Positions 59,417 to 64,000 of a stretch of DNA of 64,000 nt are shown here, in pieces. This stretch comes from Chiloscyllium plagiosum. Taxonomy: Eukaryota. The DNA lies in NCBI RefSeq assembly GCF_004010195.1, contig NC_057719.1:26353426-26417425 (forward strand). The letters are read 5' to 3'. How positions within the stretch are numbered: the stretch's first letter is position 1; every line of letters begins with the position of its first letter. The translations under genes and the position numbers were made by a program. Below the pieces are notes generated by a model, which worked only from the letters and a program-made list of their open reading frames with translations, was not told the origin of the DNA and searched no databases.

Positions 59417-59626
59417 AATAAAATTGCATTTGAATTCAGCTTCTTTAAAATAGTAAAGAACTTTGTAAGAAACAAGAGTCACTTACTATCTTGTTTGACT
59501 TTACCAAGGAGGCAGATGACGTAATATACGATTAATTGTGCTTTGCAATGCTTTTTGCGTGTGCACACTGGAGATAAGATGTGTTGTTCTCTAAAATAGT
59601 AACCTTGTTGCTGTGTATCAAATAAA
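59417..59626 (+). terminator. Candidate distal poly(A) signals of ATXN3 (AATAAA 59417-59422 and 59621-59626); a proximal candidate lies at 57994-57999
   Basis: AATAAA hexamers downstream of the stop in U-rich, TGTA-containing context. Actual usage is unknown. Confidence 0.45.
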
Positions 59627-60054
59627 GTTTCATTTTTGGAACTAAGCATACGTGTTTTATTTGATGCTACAAAGAGAACTGAATGATTCCTTTTCTGTTC
59701 AGTCAGGAAGTGAGATGACATGATGAAGTGATAAGTATTTCTAGCATATATGCAGGCGTTTACTGGTTAAGTGCTCAATTCTGTCTTTTGGAGATAATGA
59801 ATCATTTGAATCTTAACTGTCTGGCGTACTGAGACAATTTGTAAAAGCTGTAAATAGAATTAGCTAACAGAAAACCGAGAACACCAGATTTTAAACGTAA
59901 GCAAAACAAATAAAAATTGAATAAAGTTGGAAGGGCATGAAAAGCATTTTCTCTCACTTTTTTAATAAATCAAAATTTAATTGTGCAAATCCTAAAAAAA
60001 ACTAACTACAATGAGGTGTTATATCTTGTGATTAATACTGAAATTTGCAATCAT

Positions 60055-60340
60055 TTTAGGGTAAGAGGGGAAACATTTAAAAGAGATCTAAGTGCAACTT
60101 TTTCACGCAGAGGATGGTGTGTGTGTGTGTGTGTGGAATGAGCGCCGAGAGGAAGTGGTGGAGGCTGGTACAATTAGAACATTTGAAAGGCATCTAGATG
60201 AGTATATGAATAGGAAGGGTTTAGAGGGATATGGGCCAAGTGCTAGCAAATGGGACGAGATTAGTTTGAGATATCTGGGCAGCTTGGATGAGTTGGACTG
60301 AAGGGTCTGTTTCCATGCTGTACATCTCTGTGACTCTATT
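60055..60340 (+). mobile_element. CR1 3' end with an internal (GT)n expansion
   Basis: VEAGTIRTFERHLDEYMNRKGLEGYGP. Confidence 0.85.
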
Positions 60341-61238
60341 TGTGTTTGCAAGTCCTTTTTTTAAAATGTGTCTTGCAGTCTATCTCCTTTCTAAAAGATG
60401 TCTCTGATAACTTTGTGCAAGTTATCCATTCAACAGTTTACTAGATATTCTTAATCCAAATATTTTAATGTTTTAACACTTACATGTGGTGCTAAGCTCA
60501 TAATCATGGGTTTAGTGATGGCCTCATTCAAACAGATATTTTGTTTCCGCAAGTTTGGATGTGACATACATTTGACTCGCATCCACCTGCTGTGGATTGC
60601 AATTCAACAAATGGCACCATAAATCTCATAATCAAGATGATCTTTTAGAATTTCATGCTACTTTTTCCTGGTCCAACTGTTGCTTCACATTCTTGAACCT
60701 TCCATCTGTACCAATTAAACAACTGATATTCCAGTTATCATGCAAGTTTTCTCACCTGCTTTTTAACTTCTACTGAATCTTGTAAGTACATTTTGGTTCA
60801 ACACGTTTTTGTCTGCCTTAAAAGTTCTGTCACTTACATAGTTGACAGAGTACAATAAAGAGGTCTAGCTTATTATGTCTGTTTCAGGTCTGCAATAAAG
60901 CTCTCCAATTAATCCCACCTCTTTGTTCTTTCTCCAGAATGTTGCTCTTTTCCCTTTAAGTATTTATCAAATTCTCTATTGAATGCTACTGTTGAATCTG
61001 CTTGCATTGTCCTTTTCAAAATGTGTTCCAGATTTCAACTTGCTTTCGTCAAAGAGTGCTACAGCACGGAGACAGGCCCTTTGGCCCAAAATTGCCCATG
61101 CTGACCAAAATGTCCATCCACGCTAACCCCATTTCGCTGCACTTGGCTCATACCCTTTTAATCCCTTCCTATCCATGTATTTGTCCAAATGCCTTTCAAA
61201 TGTTGTTAATGTGCCTGCCTCAACCACTTCTGCTGGCA

Positions 61239-62964
61239 GAGTCAGAAAATGTGGAGCTGGAGAAGCACAGGTGGCGGGTAATAGTGATAGGTTGGTGGTG
61301 TGGGTAGAATGAATTGGTGGGAAGGAAGATAGGCAGGATAGATCAAGTGGGCGTGCTGAATTGGAGGGTTGAATCTGGGATGAGATGGGGGGGAGGGGAG
61401 AGTTGGAAACTAGTGAAGTTGATGTTGATGCTGCTTGGTTGAAGGGTCCCAAGGTGGAAGATGAGGCGTTCTTCCTCTAGTTGTCAGCTTTTATTCAGCA
61501 GTGGAGGTTGCCCATGACTTGCATGTCCTTGGTGGAGTGGGAGGGGGAGTTGAAGTGGGCGGTGGGGTTGTTTGGTGCATTTGTCCAAGGGATGTTCCCT
61601 GAAACAGTCTGCGAGTTGGCGTCCTGTCTCCCTGATGTAGGGGAGACCACATCGAGAGCAACAGTAGATGAGCTGAGTGGATGTGCAGGAAAATCTCTGC
61701 CGGATGTGAAACAATTCTTTGGGGCTTTGGACAGAGGTGAGGAGCCAGGAGTGGGTGCAAGGGAAGGTGCTGCGAATGGAGGGTGGGTTGGTGGTGGGTG
61801 TGGACCTAACGAGGGAGCTGCAGAGGGAATGGTCTCTCTGAAATGCACATAGGAATGGGGAGGGAAATATATCTCTGGTGGTAGGATCTGATTGTAGGTT
61901 ACAGAAATGTCGGAGGATAATGTGCTGTATCCAGAGATTTGTGGGATGGAAGGTGAGGACCAGGGTGAGGTTCTATCCTTGGTGTAGTTGGAGGGCTGGG
62001 GTTCAAGGGCAGAGGTATGGGAATTGGAGATGATGTGCTAGAAGGCATTGCTGATCACATGGGAGGGGAAATTGTGGTCCTTGAAATAGGAAGCCATCTG
62101 GGATGTCCAGGAATGGACTTGTTCTAGCTTGGAGCAGATGCAGTGGAGGTGGAGGAGTTGGGAGTAAGGGATCACATTTTTACAGGAGGGGGAGTGGGTG
62201 GAGGTCAAGGTAGCTGTGGGATGTCCGTGTTGAGTTGTTCTTCGGAGATCGAGACTGAGAAGTCCAGAAAGAGGACAGAGGTATCCAAGATGGTCAGTGT
62301 AAACTTTAGGTCATGGTAGATGGTGTTAGTGAGGTTGTTCAACCTTCTTACGGGAGCACAAGGTGGTGCTGATACAGTCATCAATGTAGTAGATGAAAAG
62401 TGGATTACCTACAGTGTGGAAACAGGCCCTTTGGCCCAACAAGTTCACACCGACCCTCTGAAGAGTAACCCACCCAGACCTAACACTATGGGCAATTCAG
62501 CAAGGCCAATTCACCTGACCTGCACATCTTCGGACTGTGGGAGGAAACTGGAGCGCCCAGAGGAAACCCACGCAGACACTGGGAGATTATGTAAACTCCA
62601 CACACACAGTCACCCAAAGCTGGAATCGCACCTGAGGCCCTGGTGCTGTGAGGCAGCAGTGCTAACCACTGAGCCACCATGCCACCCTGGATGATGGCCT
62701 GTTTCACATATCCTATGAAGAGGCAGGCATAGCTGGGACCCATGCAGGTGGCCATGGCTACCCCTTTGGTTTGAAGAAAGTGGGAGGATTCAAAGAAGTT
62801 GTTGAGAGTGAGGACCAATTCTGCCAATTGAATGAGTATGTCAGTAGAGGAGTACTGGTTGGGTTGATGGGACATCCAGTCTCTGTGCACGTCGATCCGG
62901 CCTGGTGAAGGCCTCCAAGCCCTCTGTTTCTTCCTCTCCCACCGACCCAACCAGTACCCCTCCA
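61239..62964 (-). mobile_element. Decayed Penelope-like element (RT plus GIY-YIG; parent of family C termini), lying between CR1 pieces at about 61050-61238 and 62975-63640 (minus)
   Basis: LAELVLTLNNF...FLQTKGVAMATCMGPSYACLF (RT); FSCTSTQLIYC..CSRCGLPYIRETGRQLADCFREH (GIY-YIG); it ends in the family C arm gagtcagaaaatgtggagctggagaagcacag. Confidence 0.88.
62403..62687 (-). mobile_element. tRNA-derived SINE (HE1/V-SINE-like) nested in the PLE
   Basis: Homologous to the copy at 48116-48421. Confidence 0.9.
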
Positions 62965-62974
62965 TCTCTTCCTG

Positions 62975-63640
62975 TACCTCAGACCATTGCATCCAGTCAA
63001 CATCCTTGTAAAATTTCTTCTGCACTCTTTCCAGTTTAATAACATCCTTCCTATAACAAGGTGATCAATGCTGAGCACAATACTCCAAGTGCAGCCTCAC
63101 CGATGTCCTGTATAACTGCAACATAACTTTGCAACTTCTATACTCAATGTCTTGACTGATGAAGGGCAGTGTGCAAAAAGCCTTCTTCACTGCCCTGTCT
63201 ACCTGTGACTCCACTTTCAGCGAACTGTGAACCTGAGTGCCAAGATTCCTCTGGTCCACTACGCTCTTTAAGGCCCTACCATTCACCATGAAACTCCTAC
63301 CTTGATTTGACTTTCCAAAATGTAAGACCTCACACTTATCTATATTAAACACCATTTTCCATTTCTTGGCCCACTTCCCTGACTGATCAAGGTCCTGCTG
63401 CAATTTCTGATAACCTTCCTCTAAACAATACTACCCATTTTTGTGTCATCAGCAAACTTACTGATCATGCCTTGTACATTCTCAACCAAATCATTGATAT
63501 AGAATACAAACAGTAATGGGCCCAGCACCAACCCCTGAGGCACTCCACTGGTCATAAGCCTCCAGTCCGACAAGCATCCTTCCACTATTCCACACATCCT
63601 TCCTACCATCATGCCAATTTTGTATCCAATTTGCTTTGGT
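62975..63640 (-). mobile_element. CR1 LINE RT fragment
   Basis: SGVPQGLVLGPLLFVFYINDL...ISKFADDTK; WKMVFNIDKCEVLHFGK. Confidence 0.92.
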
Positions 63641-64000
63641 TTTGTTTTTGAAAGAAACTAGTTTCCTTGGGCTTTTTTTTGGCCAGTCACAAACTGCATT
63701 TTTTCTCAGTTCTGCTTTAGAATTACAGAACTGACACATTAAAGCAGTTTCTTTCCACACAGATGCTGCCTGACCTGCAAAACAATTTCTACTTGTGTGT
63801 ATCTATCTCCTGGCTATCAACCTTTTGTGGCTACTTGAAATTTTCATGGTTCCTTGATGGTCAAGAATCTCTCTACTTTCGCCTTAAACATATTCAATGA
63901 CCATACTGCCACCACTCTTGGATGAAGAAAATTCCACAGATTCTCAAGAACCTCTGAGATAAAAAATTTCATCTCAGTTTTAAATGGAAGACCCCTTGTT

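Noticed and set aside
59700..64000. Start of a neighbouring gene
   Set aside because: No recognisable exon or CpG island; only repeats and AT-rich sequence are seen.

Overview
Vertebrate genomic DNA, most likely a shark or other elasmobranch judging from its CR1 LINEs, HE1/V-SINE-like SINEs and DeuSINE-like elements. The window holds one complete protein-coding gene on the + strand, ataxin-3 (ATXN3). I reconstructed it by hand as 11 coding exons from 1949 to 56367, giving a 1083-nt CDS and a 360-aa protein. The Josephin domain has an intact C14/H119/N134 triad, and UIM1, UIM2 and the VCP-binding motif are present. There is no polyglutamine tract, UIM3 is degenerate, and intron 9 uses a GC donor. 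A CpG-rich promoter precedes exon 1, and a 40-bp G4-prone minisatellite follows it. The introns are dense with decayed transposons: CR1 and related LINEs, tRNA-SINEs, a hAT fossil and Penelope-like elements (PLEs). The most striking non-coding signal is a set of at least 4-5 sequence families of short, often fold-back, target-site-duplication (TSD)-flanked PLE terminal-repeat insertions. They carry minimal type-I hammerhead ribozyme motifs (CUGANGA-stemII-GAAA-palindrome-NUH). Four copies have intact cores, and three of those are sense to the ATXN3 transcript. One 56-bp insertion starts about 3-4 nt downstream of the predicted ribozyme cleavage site and is flanked by a perfect 154-bp duplication. 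Exon boundaries and motifs were read directly from the sequence. Repeat boundaries are approximate, and family names are from recognition rather than database search.
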